Positions 32,838 through 41,646 of a stretch of DNA of 64,000 bases are shown here, piece by piece. A program made the translations under genes and the position numbers. Under the pieces are notes generated by a model. The model searched no databases, had not been told where the DNA came from, and was given only the letters and a program-made list of their open reading frames with translations. The first letter of the stretch is position 1; the number at the start of each line of letters is the position of its first letter. The DNA is from Nitrososphaerota archaeon. Its GTDB lineage: Archaea; Thermoproteota; Nitrososphaeria; Nitrososphaerales; Gagatemarchaeaceae. The DNA is taken from positions 38,205 through 102,204 of the forward strand of contig JACQFN010000005.1 of the NCBI GenBank assembly GCA_016200045.1, in the 5' to 3' direction.

Positions 32838-33263
32838 CTAGTCTATTCCGTGAACATCCTCGGACTCGTCCTTGAGGAAGCTCTGCAGGAGCTTGTTCTC
32901 TCTGAAGAAGTCCCGAATCGAGAGGACCCCGAAGAGCGTCCCGTCGTCGTTCTCCACGACCAGATGGCGGATGCCGTTCTCCATCATCAGCCTTACGGCT
33001 TTCGAAGGACGGTCCGACCGTTTTATGCTGACTAGCTTCTTGGTGGAGATCCCTTCCAGGGGGGCGCTGAGCTGCGTCCCCTTCGCGACGGCCCTGACCA
33101 CGTCCCTCTCGGAGATCACCGCCTCCGCTTTGACCGGACTGACCGACGACGCGACTACTAGGAGCCCGATCTTCTCCCTCAGGAAGACCTCGGCCGCCTG
33201 CTTGATTGTCGCGCTCGGGCTGATCGTCACCGGAGTCCTCCTGACTAGGGCTTCCACTCTCAC
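32838..33263 (-). CDS. CBS-domain pair protein
   Basis: Two CBS units (TPVTISPSATIKQAAEVFLREKIGLLVV; VSIKRSDRPSKAVRLMMENGIRHLVV). Its GTG start overlaps the citrate synthase stop (GTGA). Confidence 0.7.
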   Translation of the reverse strand: MRVEALVRRTPVTISPSATIKQAAEVFLREKIGLLVVASSVSPVKAEAVISERDVVRAVAKGTQLSAPLEGISTKKLVSIKRSDRPSKAVRLMMENGIRHLVVENDDGTLFGVLSIRDFFRENKLLQSFLKDESEDVHGID

Positions 33264-34480
33264 GGCTTTCTGACCTCCCGGACCCGCTTTTCTGCCGGGA
33301 CGTAATCCTCGCGCGCCGGCCCGACGTACTCGGCCCGCGGCCTGATGATGCGGTTGTCTGAGTACTGTTCCAGTATGTGCGCCAGCCATCCGGGAGCCCT
33401 CCCGACGGCGAAGAACGGGGTGAAGAGGTAGCTAGGGATACCGACGTGGTTCAGCGCCATCCCCGAGTAAAGGTCGACGTTGGGATAGAGGTTCTTCTCC
33501 TTCTTCATTATGGCCTCCACCTTCACCAGGATCTGGAAGGCCTGCTTTTCCTTCTCCGTCCTGACGAACTTCTTCGCCATGTCCTTCAGTATCTGCGCCC
33601 TGGGGTCCATCGTCTTGTACACCCTGTGGCCGAACCCAGTTATCTTCTGCTTGTGGGCGAGCTTCTCGTCGATGTAGGTCTCGACGTTCTCCGGGGTCCC
33701 TATTTCATGGGTCATTTCGACGACCTTCTCGTTGGCCCCTCCGTGGAGCGGGCCCTTCAGGGCGCCGACCGCCCCGGTGACGGCTGAGTAGGTGTCGGAG
33801 AGCGTAGAGGCGATGACGCGGGCCGTGAAGGTCGAGGCGTTTAGCTCGTGGTCTGCGTGGAGAATCAGGAGGACGTCCATCAGCCTGGCCTCCCGCTCCT
33901 CGGGGACTTCTCCCGTGACCATGTTCAGGAAGCTCGAAGCGAACGAGAGGTCGTCCTTCGGCGGGAGGATGTCCTGGTCGTGCTTGTGCCTGTGGATTGC
34001 GGCGACGATGCTCCCGACCTTGGACGCGATCGACATCGCTTTTTCCTGCTGGGAGAGCATCGGGTCGTCGTAGATGCCGAGGGCGGCCACGCCGACTCGG
34101 AGGGCGTCCATCGCGTCGCAGTTCCTGGGGAGGGTCGTGATGATCGAAATCACCCCCTTCGGGATGGTCCTCCTCGCGGCTAATTCGGAGGAGAACGATC
34201 GGAGCTCGGGTCCGGTTGGGAGGTGGCCGTTCAGAAGGAGGAAGGTGGTCTCCTCGTAGGACGAGTGGGCGGCCAGGTCGACGATGTCGTATCCCCGGTA
34301 GAGGAGACGGCCCTCCTGGCCGTCTATGAAACAGATTGAGCTCTGGCCTGCGACCACGTCCTCGAGTCCCTTCGCCTGAGTGGTCAGCCGGTGGATCACG
34401 GTGTCCATCGACTCGCCGTATTTCGCAATCCCCTGCAGTCGGGAGTGGGTGTCGTCGGAGACCTTCACGACCTTGGACAT
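33260..34480 (-). CDS. gltA: citrate synthase
   Basis: GLEDVVAGQSSICFIDGQEGRLLYRGYDI...LILHADHELNAST...LKGPLHGGANE...GFGHRVYKTMDPRA. The alternative start ATG 34408 would remove a 24-aa N-terminal extension. Confidence 0.9.
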   Translation of the reverse strand: MSKVVKVSDDTHSRLQGIAKYGESMDTVIHRLTTQAKGLEDVVAGQSSICFIDGQEGRLLYRGYDIVDLAAHSSYEETTFLLLNGHLPTGPELRSFSSELAARRTIPKGVISIITTLPRNCDAMDALRVGVAALGIYDDPMLSQQEKAMSIASKVGSIVAAIHRHKHDQDILPPKDDLSFASSFLNMVTGEVPEEREARLMDVLLILHADHELNASTFTARVIASTLSDTYSAVTGAVGALKGPLHGGANEKVVEMTHEIGTPENVETYIDEKLAHKQKITGFGHRVYKTMDPRAQILKDMAKKFVRTEKEKQAFQILVKVEAIMKKEKNLYPNVDLYSGMALNHVGIPSYLFTPFFAVGRAPGWLAHILEQYSDNRIIRPRAEYVGPAREDYVPAEKRVREVRKP

Positions 34481-34599
34481 GGTATACTTGGTTTACTCGG
34501 TAAACCAGGAGGTATTTCAGGATTTTTGGAGGCCTGGCCCTCCTCTCATGCATCGACAACTAGAAAAGCGGCAAATGAGGGTCGGGCCTGGGTTCCTCG

Positions 34600-35610
34600 A
34601 TGAAAATAGCGGTGGTCGGGACGGGTGTCGCAGGGGCGTATCTGATGAACCGATTGACCTCCGAGCACCAGGTCGAAGCGTTTGAGATGCGGTCGGAGAA
34701 GAACTGGTACACGGTCTGCGCCTGGGGGACGAGCCAGCCGTTCATCAGAGACCTGGTGAAGAAGGCCGGGTTCGAGTTCGACGACTACGTCCTCCACAAG
34801 GGGAAGAAGATGCTGGTGGACCTCGGGGACGAGATGCTGGAGATACCGCTGAAGGGGCTGGTGACCTACGACAAGCACAGGTTGACACACGACATGATCA
34901 AGGACAAGAAAGTGCATTGGGGGAGTCAGGTCAAGGAGGCCAACGGAGACCTCCGAGACTTCGACATGGTGGTTGACGCGACTGGTCTCCACAGGTCGCT
35001 CCTCCCGGCGCTGAAAGAAGACATCGTGATCCCGTCGCTCGAATACCAGGTGAAGTCCAAGGAGCTCCCCTACGACGATTTCATCATCAAGCCGTACCCT
35101 CATGTCACCGGATACTGGTGGTATTTCCCCCTCGGGGACGGGACGGCCCACGTCGGAGCCGGGGACCTCAGGGGGTCTTACAGGGGGGAATTGGACGCGT
35201 TCGTGAAGAAGTACAACTGCGAGGTGGTCAGGAGGATGGGGAGGCCCGTGAGGGTGACCCCCCCAAAGCACTGCGAGCCTTTCTTCGACGGCAAGGTCGT
35301 CGGGGTAGGAGAGTCGATAGGGACGGTCTACCCCATGCTGGGTGAGGGGATAATCCCGAGCATGCAGTGCGTCAACCTGCTGGTGGAGAACCTCGGCGAC
35401 CGGGAGGAGTATAGGAGGGAGGTGCTGGAGCACTTCGAGGTCTACTCGAAGGTCTACGATTTCGTGAAGTCGAAGATCGAGGGGAGGTTCAGGTTGTGGA
35501 GGATGCTCCCCACCCTCCTCGGGATCTACTGGTACATGCACAGCAACACCGAGAGGTACGGGCTCGAGACGAGGCTTTCCGACTTCTACAAGATCGTGAC
35601 GAGGCTCTAG
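34600..35610 (+). CDS. FAD/NAD(P)-binding oxidoreductase (short geranylgeranyl-reductase-like)
   Basis: MKIAVVGTGVAGAYLMNRL dinucleotide-binding fold, VVDATGLHRS, and GVGESIGTVYPMLGEGI. Confidence 0.6.
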   Translation: MKIAVVGTGVAGAYLMNRLTSEHQVEAFEMRSEKNWYTVCAWGTSQPFIRDLVKKAGFEFDDYVLHKGKKMLVDLGDEMLEIPLKGLVTYDKHRLTHDMIKDKKVHWGSQVKEANGDLRDFDMVVDATGLHRSLLPALKEDIVIPSLEYQVKSKELPYDDFIIKPYPHVTGYWWYFPLGDGTAHVGAGDLRGSYRGELDAFVKKYNCEVVRRMGRPVRVTPPKHCEPFFDGKVVGVGESIGTVYPMLGEGIIPSMQCVNLLVENLGDREEYRREVLEHFEVYSKVYDFVKSKIEGRFRLWRMLPTLLGIYWYMHSNTERYGLETRLSDFYKIVTRL

Positions 35611-36063
35611 ATGAGCTCCGAAGACGTCAGGACGCACACCGCCGTCCACGTCTTGAAGGGGGCGGTCCAGTCGGTCCTCGGCGCCAACTGGACTGCGTCG
35701 ACAAATGTGTCGGGGAGTCACGGAAGGCTCACGGTACAGTTCGACAGGAAGCCGACCGACGAAGAGCTCGCCAGGGTGGAGGAGGCTGCGAACCGGAAGG
35801 TCTCCGAAGGGGCTGAGGTGCTTGAGTTCGAGATGGAGAGACAGGAGGCCGAGGGCCACTTCGGGAAACAGATCTACGACCTCTTCCCAGTCCCCGAGAC
35901 GGTGACCAGGTTGAAGCTAGTTAGGATCCCTGACTGGAACATCAACTGCTGCGTCGAGGCCCACCTCGACAGTACGTCGGAGGTCGGGAGGATCAGGCTG
36001 GGTAAGCCGAGGTTCAGGAACTCCAGGAAAGAGCTGGAGCTGGAGTTCGAGCTTACGGACTGA
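35611..36063 (+). CDS. alaX: AlaX-S type alanyl-tRNA editing protein (tRNA_SAD domain)
   Basis: HTAVHVLKGAVQSVLG (HxxxH) and CCVEAHLDSTSEVG (CxxxH) zinc motifs. 150 aa. The ATG abuts the upstream stop. Confidence 0.65.
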   Translation: MSSEDVRTHTAVHVLKGAVQSVLGANWTASTNVSGSHGRLTVQFDRKPTDEELARVEEAANRKVSEGAEVLEFEMERQEAEGHFGKQIYDLFPVPETVTRLKLVRIPDWNINCCVEAHLDSTSEVGRIRLGKPRFRNSRKELELEFELTD

Positions 36064-36106
36064 AGAGCCCTAAGAGGTAATATCCCCCCTCTTCGCGGCC
36101 CTTCGT

Positions 36107-36216
36107 GGGCCCGTAGCGCAGATCAAAGCACGAGCGAAGTACGGACAGCGCGGCAGCCCCCTAAGCTGTAGAGAGCACGCTCGCAGAAGCCGAGGGTTCG
36201 AATCCCTCCGGGCCCG
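36107..36216 (+). tRNA. atypical tRNA, Arg(CCU)-like, 110 nt with about 35 extra nucleotides (putative non-canonical introns)
   Basis: Acceptor GGGCCCG/CGGGCCC plus discriminator G. T-arm GAGGG-TTCGAAT-CCCTC. Anticodon arm GCAGC-CCCCTAA-GCTGT. Extra sequence sits in the D-loop region (about 22 nt) and the variable region (about 17 nt). No encoded CCA. Confidence 0.6.
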
Positions 36217-36669
36217 CTCACCTCTGAGACCAGGTCGAAGCCCTTGGCCCAAATTCATGCTATTCGGCAAGAAATTCAAGAAGACTAGAGGTTTACGTTG
36301 GCAATATTGTCACAATGGATGGCTATTACGAGAGCGAGTCATGTTACCGCGATTTCGATTTCACATTCACAGTGGGCGACCTGGACCAGATCCGGCCGGA
36401 ATCAGGGGACAGGGGAAGCCGTGGTCGGAAGACTACAAGATCACCCTCCTCATTTCCGCGGACTGCAAGGGATGGCGGGTGGTCTTCGGTCAGGTAACCG
36501 TTACGGGAGTTCTCAAGGATGGCCCCAAGAAGGGATATTCGACTACTGGATCGGTTCAGGAATAGATCTGACGGAAGTTGTGCGCAGGCATGCGCGAAGA
36601 CCAAGGGCCTGCGTGATTCATTTTGATGGGGCGCTCGCTGAGCCTGGCGTCAGACAGAAAAGAGGGAGG

Positions 36670-37131
36670 TCAGCCGGTAGGAAGAACTACCAGTTGACCC
36701 GTCATCGTCGGTAGATGGTACGCGCAGTAGAACCTGAAGACTCCTGCCTGACTCGCCGTGAACGTTATGTCGCGGTGCTCGCCCTGAGCCAAGTCGACGG
36801 AAATGCCATAGGCTGTTAGAACGAAGTTGTGGTGCTCTGGTTCGTCCTCGGTATTGTAGAAGTGTATGGTCACCGTGTCCCCCTGATTGACGACGATGGT
36901 GCTGGGAGAGAACTGGTCATGGGATATGCCGACCTCTGAATCGTTGAACTCGGCCGTGTTCGAAAAGAGGACGAACTCCTTGGTCTCGGTCGCGGGTTTG
37001 TAGGCTATCGCGTTAGGGCTCCCGAAGATCGACGGGCTCGCCAGGGACCCGGCCGCGAAGGCAAGTATCGCGACCACTATCACCGCGCTTGCAAGAATTG
37101 GCGCTACGCCTGCGTGTTTTCCAAGCCGCAT
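36670..37131 (-). CDS. membrane-anchored cupredoxin (type 1 blue copper protein)
   Basis: N-terminal TM/signal anchor. STIVVNQGDTVTIHFYN, His ligand in EHHNFVL, and C-x2-H-x3-M in FYCAYHLPTM. Confidence 0.7.
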   Translation of the reverse strand: MRLGKHAGVAPILASAVIVVAILAFAAGSLASPSIFGSPNAIAYKPATETKEFVLFSNTAEFNDSEVGISHDQFSPSTIVVNQGDTVTIHFYNTEDEPEHHNFVLTAYGISVDLAQGEHRDITFTASQAGVFRFYCAYHLPTMTGQLVVLPTG

Positions 37132-37289
37132 GGCCGCCCATACGAGTCATGCGGACTTCACTTCTTCCCCTAACCTGTTAGGCTGGCCGAAAACGACGGC
37201 AGCGCAGGCGCTGTTTCCTCATTCAGCCCCCCGGGAAAGGTGTTCAAGAACGCTGTATTATCTCCCGTGGGACGGGAGCCACCTCGTAA

Positions 37290-38105
37290 ATGCAAAGCAA
37301 AGCAGCGGCGGTTGCGGCGTTGGTCATTCTGGCGACCATCGGTTTGTCGGGATACACCTACACTGTCTACCTGCCGAGCCTATCTCAGGCGTCCAACGGC
37401 TCCTCGAATTCCATGATAGCGGGTCCTGGAACGGGGACCGTCGCGGTCTACCTCACGGACAACCCGCACAGCAACTCGAGCCTGAAGTATCTGCTGGTCA
37501 ACATCAGCGACCTTGTGCTGAAGTACGAAGGGAACCTGACGTCGAACCAGACGAGCACCTCAAGCACAGCCACCAACACCACGTCTTCGACGACCAACAG
37601 CACCGTGACCACGATCACGAACTCAACGATAACCTCATCCGGTACGAGCGCGCCGGCCAACCAGTGCGTGGTCTCCGTGGCTTCGGGGACCAACATCAAC
37701 CTCACCAGCCTGGCAGGGAATGCAATCCTTCTAGGACAGACGACGTGCCCGTCCGGGAACGTCACGGGAATCATCTTCAACATCACGGGAGCGAAGGCGT
37801 TCTTCCTCGACGGCAATTCTAAGGTCCTCAAGGTCGTTGCAGACGGAAAGCTGATGATCCCGGTGCACTTCCAGGTCTTCCCCAACGGGACGTCGACCCT
37901 GACAGTGGACATTCAGCCCAACGACATCCACGTCAGCCAAGGGATCGCGAGCATCCTTTCTCCGGTGATTCATGTGCAGGTCGTGAGCAGCCACGGAAAC
38001 ACGACCTCCTCTACGAGTTCCGTTACGACCCTGACTTCGGCGACGTCAACATCGACCAATAGTACTTCCACAACGTCTTCCGACAGCAGTTCGACCACTA
38101 CCTGA
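37290..38105 (+). CDS. secreted Ser/Thr-rich protein with DUF4382-like domain
   Basis: Signal anchor. VAVYLTDNPH...LLVNISDLVL...NLTSLAGNAILLGQTTCPSGNVTGIIFNI...LKVVADGKLMIPV...LTVDIQPNDI follows the DUF4382 pattern. Many N-x-S/T sequons. Confidence 0.45.
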   Translation: MQSKAAAVAALVILATIGLSGYTYTVYLPSLSQASNGSSNSMIAGPGTGTVAVYLTDNPHSNSSLKYLLVNISDLVLKYEGNLTSNQTSTSSTATNTTSSTTNSTVTTITNSTITSSGTSAPANQCVVSVASGTNINLTSLAGNAILLGQTTCPSGNVTGIIFNITGAKAFFLDGNSKVLKVVADGKLMIPVHFQVFPNGTSTLTVDIQPNDIHVSQGIASILSPVIHVQVVSSHGNTTSSTSSVTTLTSATSTSTNSTSTTSSDSSSTTT

Positions 38106-38143
38106 CAAGTGGAGGGTCATTCGACCCTTCACCCTCGATTTTG

Positions 38144-39646
38144 TCAGAATCCGGCCGGTATCCCGTCTCCTCTCATGTCGCAGACCGCCTTCCTGTAATG
38201 GTCTGCGACCGCAACCGCGTGGCAGACCCCGGTCCGCCCAGGGAAGGGGAGGTTCCTCACTTCGTAGAGACTTGAGTCGACAGCGTCGTACCCCCGTTCT
38301 GCGATCACCGTCCTCCCTCCGCTCCACAGGAACCTCTGGTGCTCCACCGCCTGCTCGAGCGGCATCCCGTAGTCGACAAGGTTCGTGATGAAGAGGGTGT
38401 GCTGCATCGGTCGATACTCCCCCCCGCTCGCCCCGATCCCGACGAAGGGCCGATCGTCCTTGGACAGTATGACCGAAGAGAGCGTGTGGAGGGGCCTCTT
38501 CCGGGGCTCTGCTTTGTTGGGCCCGCTCAGACTGAAGCCCGCCCCCCTGTTGTTGAGCATGAGCCCGGCCTCTGGGACGAAGACCCTTGAGCCGAAGTGA
38601 TGGAAGAGGCTCTGAATCCCGGACACGATGTTTCCTACCGCGTCGGCTACGGAGAACGCCGTGGTATCTCCTCCGCTGAGGCTTGCGGGAACGCCGGAAG
38701 CCCGATTCGATGATTCCATGAACTCTTTGACGTCGACGGGGCCGAATCTGGGATCCCCGAGAAGCTCGTCTCTCCGGCCGTAGGCCAGCTCCGCGGCCTT
38801 CATTGTGCGAGTGATCCTCTCTTGCGAGAGGGGACCAGCGCCTTCCAGCCCGGCCTCTGCCAGCTGCTTGAGCATTAGGAGGCTGGTGACGCCCATGCTG
38901 TTCGGCGGCACTTCGTGGACCTTCGTCCCTCGGTAGTCGAAGGTGACCGGCTCCACCCATTCCGGCGTAAAATCGAAATCGTCGAGCTCCGCCCTGACTC
39001 CTCCAGCCTGGAGGGCAGAGCAGATTCTTTCCGCGGGCCATCCTTTGTAGAAAGCATCAGGCCCTCCTTCGGAGACTTCAGAGAGCACCCTTCCCAAGGC
39101 CTCCTGCCTTATCCACTCCCCCGGCATGGGGGGAGTACCTCTCGGCGCGAAGACACGCTTCGCCGAATCCGACAGAGATTCGAAGCTGGACGAGGTCGAC
39201 CTGCAGAGAGCCTCTCCGGCTGGGAAACCGTGAGTAGCGTATCCGGTCGCCGGGCGGGCCAGGTCCTTGAAGGGCATCGACCCGAGTTTCTGGTGCATCG
39301 ACCAGACCCCGGCGATGAACCCCGGGACCGTGCATGTTAGAGGGCCATAGGTCGGGACACCGTTCCCTTTCGCGCTGATCGATTCGACGCCTATGCCGGA
39401 AGGGGCCCAGCCGCTCGAGTTCAGGCAGTGAACTCTGCCTGTCTTCGCCTCGTACAGCATCCCGAAAAAGTCCCCTCCTATGCCTCCAGCTGGATGGAAG
39501 GTCACCGCGAGGGAGAGGCTGGTGGCGACGGCGGCGTCGAATGCGTTCCCCCCCTCCCGCATGGCTTCGTAGCCTGCAAGGGAGGCGAGGGGCTGCTCGC
39601 TGGCAACGGCCGCGTTTTCGCAGATAAGGGTCCTGACGAGGCCCAA
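38144..39646 (-). CDS. ggt: gamma-glutamyltransferase family protein
   Basis: GGNAFDAAVATSLSLAVTFHPAGGIGGDFF, and nucleophile region GGDTTAFSVADAVGNIVSGIQSL. TTG start. Confidence 0.85.
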   Translation of the reverse strand: MGLVRTLICENAAVASEQPLASLAGYEAMREGGNAFDAAVATSLSLAVTFHPAGGIGGDFFGMLYEAKTGRVHCLNSSGWAPSGIGVESISAKGNGVPTYGPLTCTVPGFIAGVWSMHQKLGSMPFKDLARPATGYATHGFPAGEALCRSTSSSFESLSDSAKRVFAPRGTPPMPGEWIRQEALGRVLSEVSEGGPDAFYKGWPAERICSALQAGGVRAELDDFDFTPEWVEPVTFDYRGTKVHEVPPNSMGVTSLLMLKQLAEAGLEGAGPLSQERITRTMKAAELAYGRRDELLGDPRFGPVDVKEFMESSNRASGVPASLSGGDTTAFSVADAVGNIVSGIQSLFHHFGSRVFVPEAGLMLNNRGAGFSLSGPNKAEPRKRPLHTLSSVILSKDDRPFVGIGASGGEYRPMQHTLFITNLVDYGMPLEQAVEHQRFLWSGGRTVIAERGYDAVDSSLYEVRNLPFPGRTGVCHAVAVADHYRKAVCDMRGDGIPAGF

Positions 39647-39789
39647 GGAGTGGTGCGGCCCGTCTCAGGATTATTAAGAATCCCGAAGGTTGTGCGCCGG
39701 CCGTTCGTCTCATCGAGAACATTCTTATACGGGGAACGGCACTTTCAGCCCAGGTTTGGTGGAATCTCACGAGCCAGTCTGACCTTGAC

Positions 39790-40437
39790 ATGGTCCTGGG
39801 CACGGTGGAGAACCCGATACGCAGGAGGATAATCGCGAAGCTAAGCCAGGAGCCTAACTACCAGCTTCAGCTGTCTAAGGAGCTAGGCCTCAGCCAGCAG
39901 CTTGTCGCAAAGCACCTGGTGACCATGGAGGGTGCGGGGCTCGTCGGGAGCGTCCTCGAAGACAGCCCGAGGGGGCCTCAGAGGAGGGAGTACGTGCTGA
40001 AGAGGAGCGTGTCCGTTACGATTGACCTAACACCGAACCTGTTCAGGGCGAGGATGTTCTCCTTCGGTGCTACGCCTGGGACCCACGAGAAGAATGACAG
40101 AGCGCGGGCCGTCGCTCAGATGAACGAGGCGATGAGGTTCCAGGACGAGTCGTCAAGGGTCGGGCCTCTGGCCGAGGTCGTCGCCGAGGTCGACAGAAAG
40201 CTGAAGCAGATGGAGGAGGAGCGGGCGGTCCTGCTGTACCTTAGGAACCTGGCCCTGCGGGAGGCGGTGAGGGCGAGCTCTTCGTTGGAGCGCGCGGACA
40301 GGCGGAAGATACTGAGGCACCTGATGAGGGAGCAGGGAGAGGGCATCGACGACATGTCTGCGTCCCTGGGAATCCGCCAGAGCGCCGTCGGGGAAATTCT
40401 CGAAGAGATCGAAAGGGAATTCGTTTCAGCGGATTAA
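39790..40437 (+). CDS. ArsR-like winged-helix regulator with coiled-coil C-terminal region
   Basis: NPIRRRIIAKLSQEPNYQLQLSKELGLSQQLVAKHLVTMEGAGLV. Confidence 0.6.
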   Translation: MVLGTVENPIRRRIIAKLSQEPNYQLQLSKELGLSQQLVAKHLVTMEGAGLVGSVLEDSPRGPQRREYVLKRSVSVTIDLTPNLFRARMFSFGATPGTHEKNDRARAVAQMNEAMRFQDESSRVGPLAEVVAEVDRKLKQMEEERAVLLYLRNLALREAVRASSSLERADRRKILRHLMREQGEGIDDMSASLGIRQSAVGEILEEIEREFVSAD

Positions 40438-40462
40438 AAAAAGTGAGAGGAGGGGTACTCCT

Positions 40463-40639
40463 CTACATTCCCAGATTGGGAAAACTTGCCTGAGGAACTC
40501 CGAGCTGGGTTTGAAGGGTCCTGATTCGGGTCGCGTATTCTCTCATCCTGACGTTGTCGTTTTGGACTTTCGCGATTCGGTATCCCTTCCAAGCCTTCCT
40601 GAGGGCTCCCCAGATCTGTCCTTTTTGATAGTTGGCCAT
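40463..40639 (-). CDS. small basic hypothetical protein (58 aa from the internal ATG)
   Basis: MANYQKGQIWGALRKAWKGYRIAKVQNDNVRMREYATRIRTLQTQLG. No family recognised. Confidence 0.3.
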   Translation of the reverse strand: MANYQKGQIWGALRKAWKGYRIAKVQNDNVRMREYATRIRTLQTQLGVPQASFPNLGM

Positions 40640-40738
40640 TTTTGGTTTGACCTTGACTCGTGAAAGGAGCCGTCTGGTATTTTGCGGAAGGGGTCTAAGT
40701 GAGTTCACCCAGTTATCAAGGTGCCCTACCCAGTCGTC

Positions 40739-41614
40739 CTAGACCAGCGACCTCAGCAGGAGCCACACGTTGCCCGGGTGCTCGGTCATTCGCCTTCTGG
40801 AGTACGCGAGCCACCTGTCTCCGTACGGCAGGTACTCTGACACCCTGTACCCAGACTTCACGAGCTCCTCCTTGAGTTCGTTGCGGATCCCCTTCAGCAT
40901 CTCGAACTCAAAGTCGACGTGCTTGGAGTCGGCGAGCCTCCTCGCCTCCTCGACGAGCCTCGAATCGTGTGTCCCTATCGCGAAGCCCTCCCCTCTGTCG
41001 AAGAGCATGGCCATGAGCATCCGGAAGTTCTCGGCGACCTCTTTCCTGGAGCCGTAGACTACTTCGCGGCTCTCGCGGTAGGCCCCCTTGACCAGGCGGA
41101 CCCTTCCCCCCGCGTCGAGCAGAGTTTTCAGGTCGGCCTCGCTCCTCCTCATGTAGGCCTGGAGCGCCACCCCGAGGGTGCGATGCCGTTTGAGGGCGTC
41201 GAGGTAGACCCTCACAGTGTCCTCTTCGACGCGGGAGTTTTCCATGTCAATCCAAAGCTGCTGCCCGAGCCTCTCGGCGTTGTCTGCGACCCTGTTCAGT
41301 CGACGGACCGCGCCCTCCTCGTCGGCGACGAGCCCGAACTGAGTGAGCTTGACTGAGGCGAAGCCCTTCAGATTCCGGTCGTACATCCCCTGTTGCAGCC
41401 GCAGGTACTCCTCCACCTGCATGTCCGCCGCTGCAGGGTCCGTTATTTCCTCCCCCAGGAAGTTGATGACCGCTCCCATCCCCCTTTCGTTGGCGAGCCT
41501 CGCGTCGAGAAGCGCAGACTCGAGGTCTGCCCCGGATATCCAGCGTTTCGCGACCCTCAGGATCAACGATTCCTTGAGTCCCAAGGCTGGCTTGCGGCCC
41601 GCTTCAGACAACAT
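40739..41614 (-). CDS. proline dehydrogenase family protein
   Basis: INFLGEEITD...LWIDMENSR...GVALQAYMRRSEADL...RLVKGAY...FAIGTHDSR...FEMLKGI. Confidence 0.85.
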   Translation of the reverse strand: MLSEAGRKPALGLKESLILRVAKRWISGADLESALLDARLANERGMGAVINFLGEEITDPAAADMQVEEYLRLQQGMYDRNLKGFASVKLTQFGLVADEEGAVRRLNRVADNAERLGQQLWIDMENSRVEEDTVRVYLDALKRHRTLGVALQAYMRRSEADLKTLLDAGGRVRLVKGAYRESREVVYGSRKEVAENFRMLMAMLFDRGEGFAIGTHDSRLVEEARRLADSKHVDFEFEMLKGIRNELKEELVKSGYRVSEYLPYGDRWLAYSRRRMTEHPGNVWLLLRSLV

Positions 41615-41620
41615 ATTAAC
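41613..41620 (+). promoter_or_regulatory. TATA-like box (ATATTAAC) for the Xaa-Pro peptidase gene
   Basis: About 26 nt upstream of TTG 41643. Overlaps the start codon of the divergent proline dehydrogenase gene. Confidence 0.35.
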
Positions 41621-41636
41621 AGTCCCCTAGGCCACT

Positions 41637-41646
41637 GAGATATTGG
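41637..41646 (-). promoter_or_regulatory. weak TATA-like box (CCAATATCTC on the minus strand) for the proline dehydrogenase gene
   Basis: About 27 nt upstream of ATG 41614. Overlaps the start codon of the divergent peptidase gene. Confidence 0.3.

Noticed and set aside
34546-35859. 437-aa minus-strand ORF across the FAD oxidoreductase and AlaX genes
   Set aside because: It is a shadow ORF antisense to two well-supported plus-strand genes, with low-complexity Pro/Arg/Leu-rich sequence.
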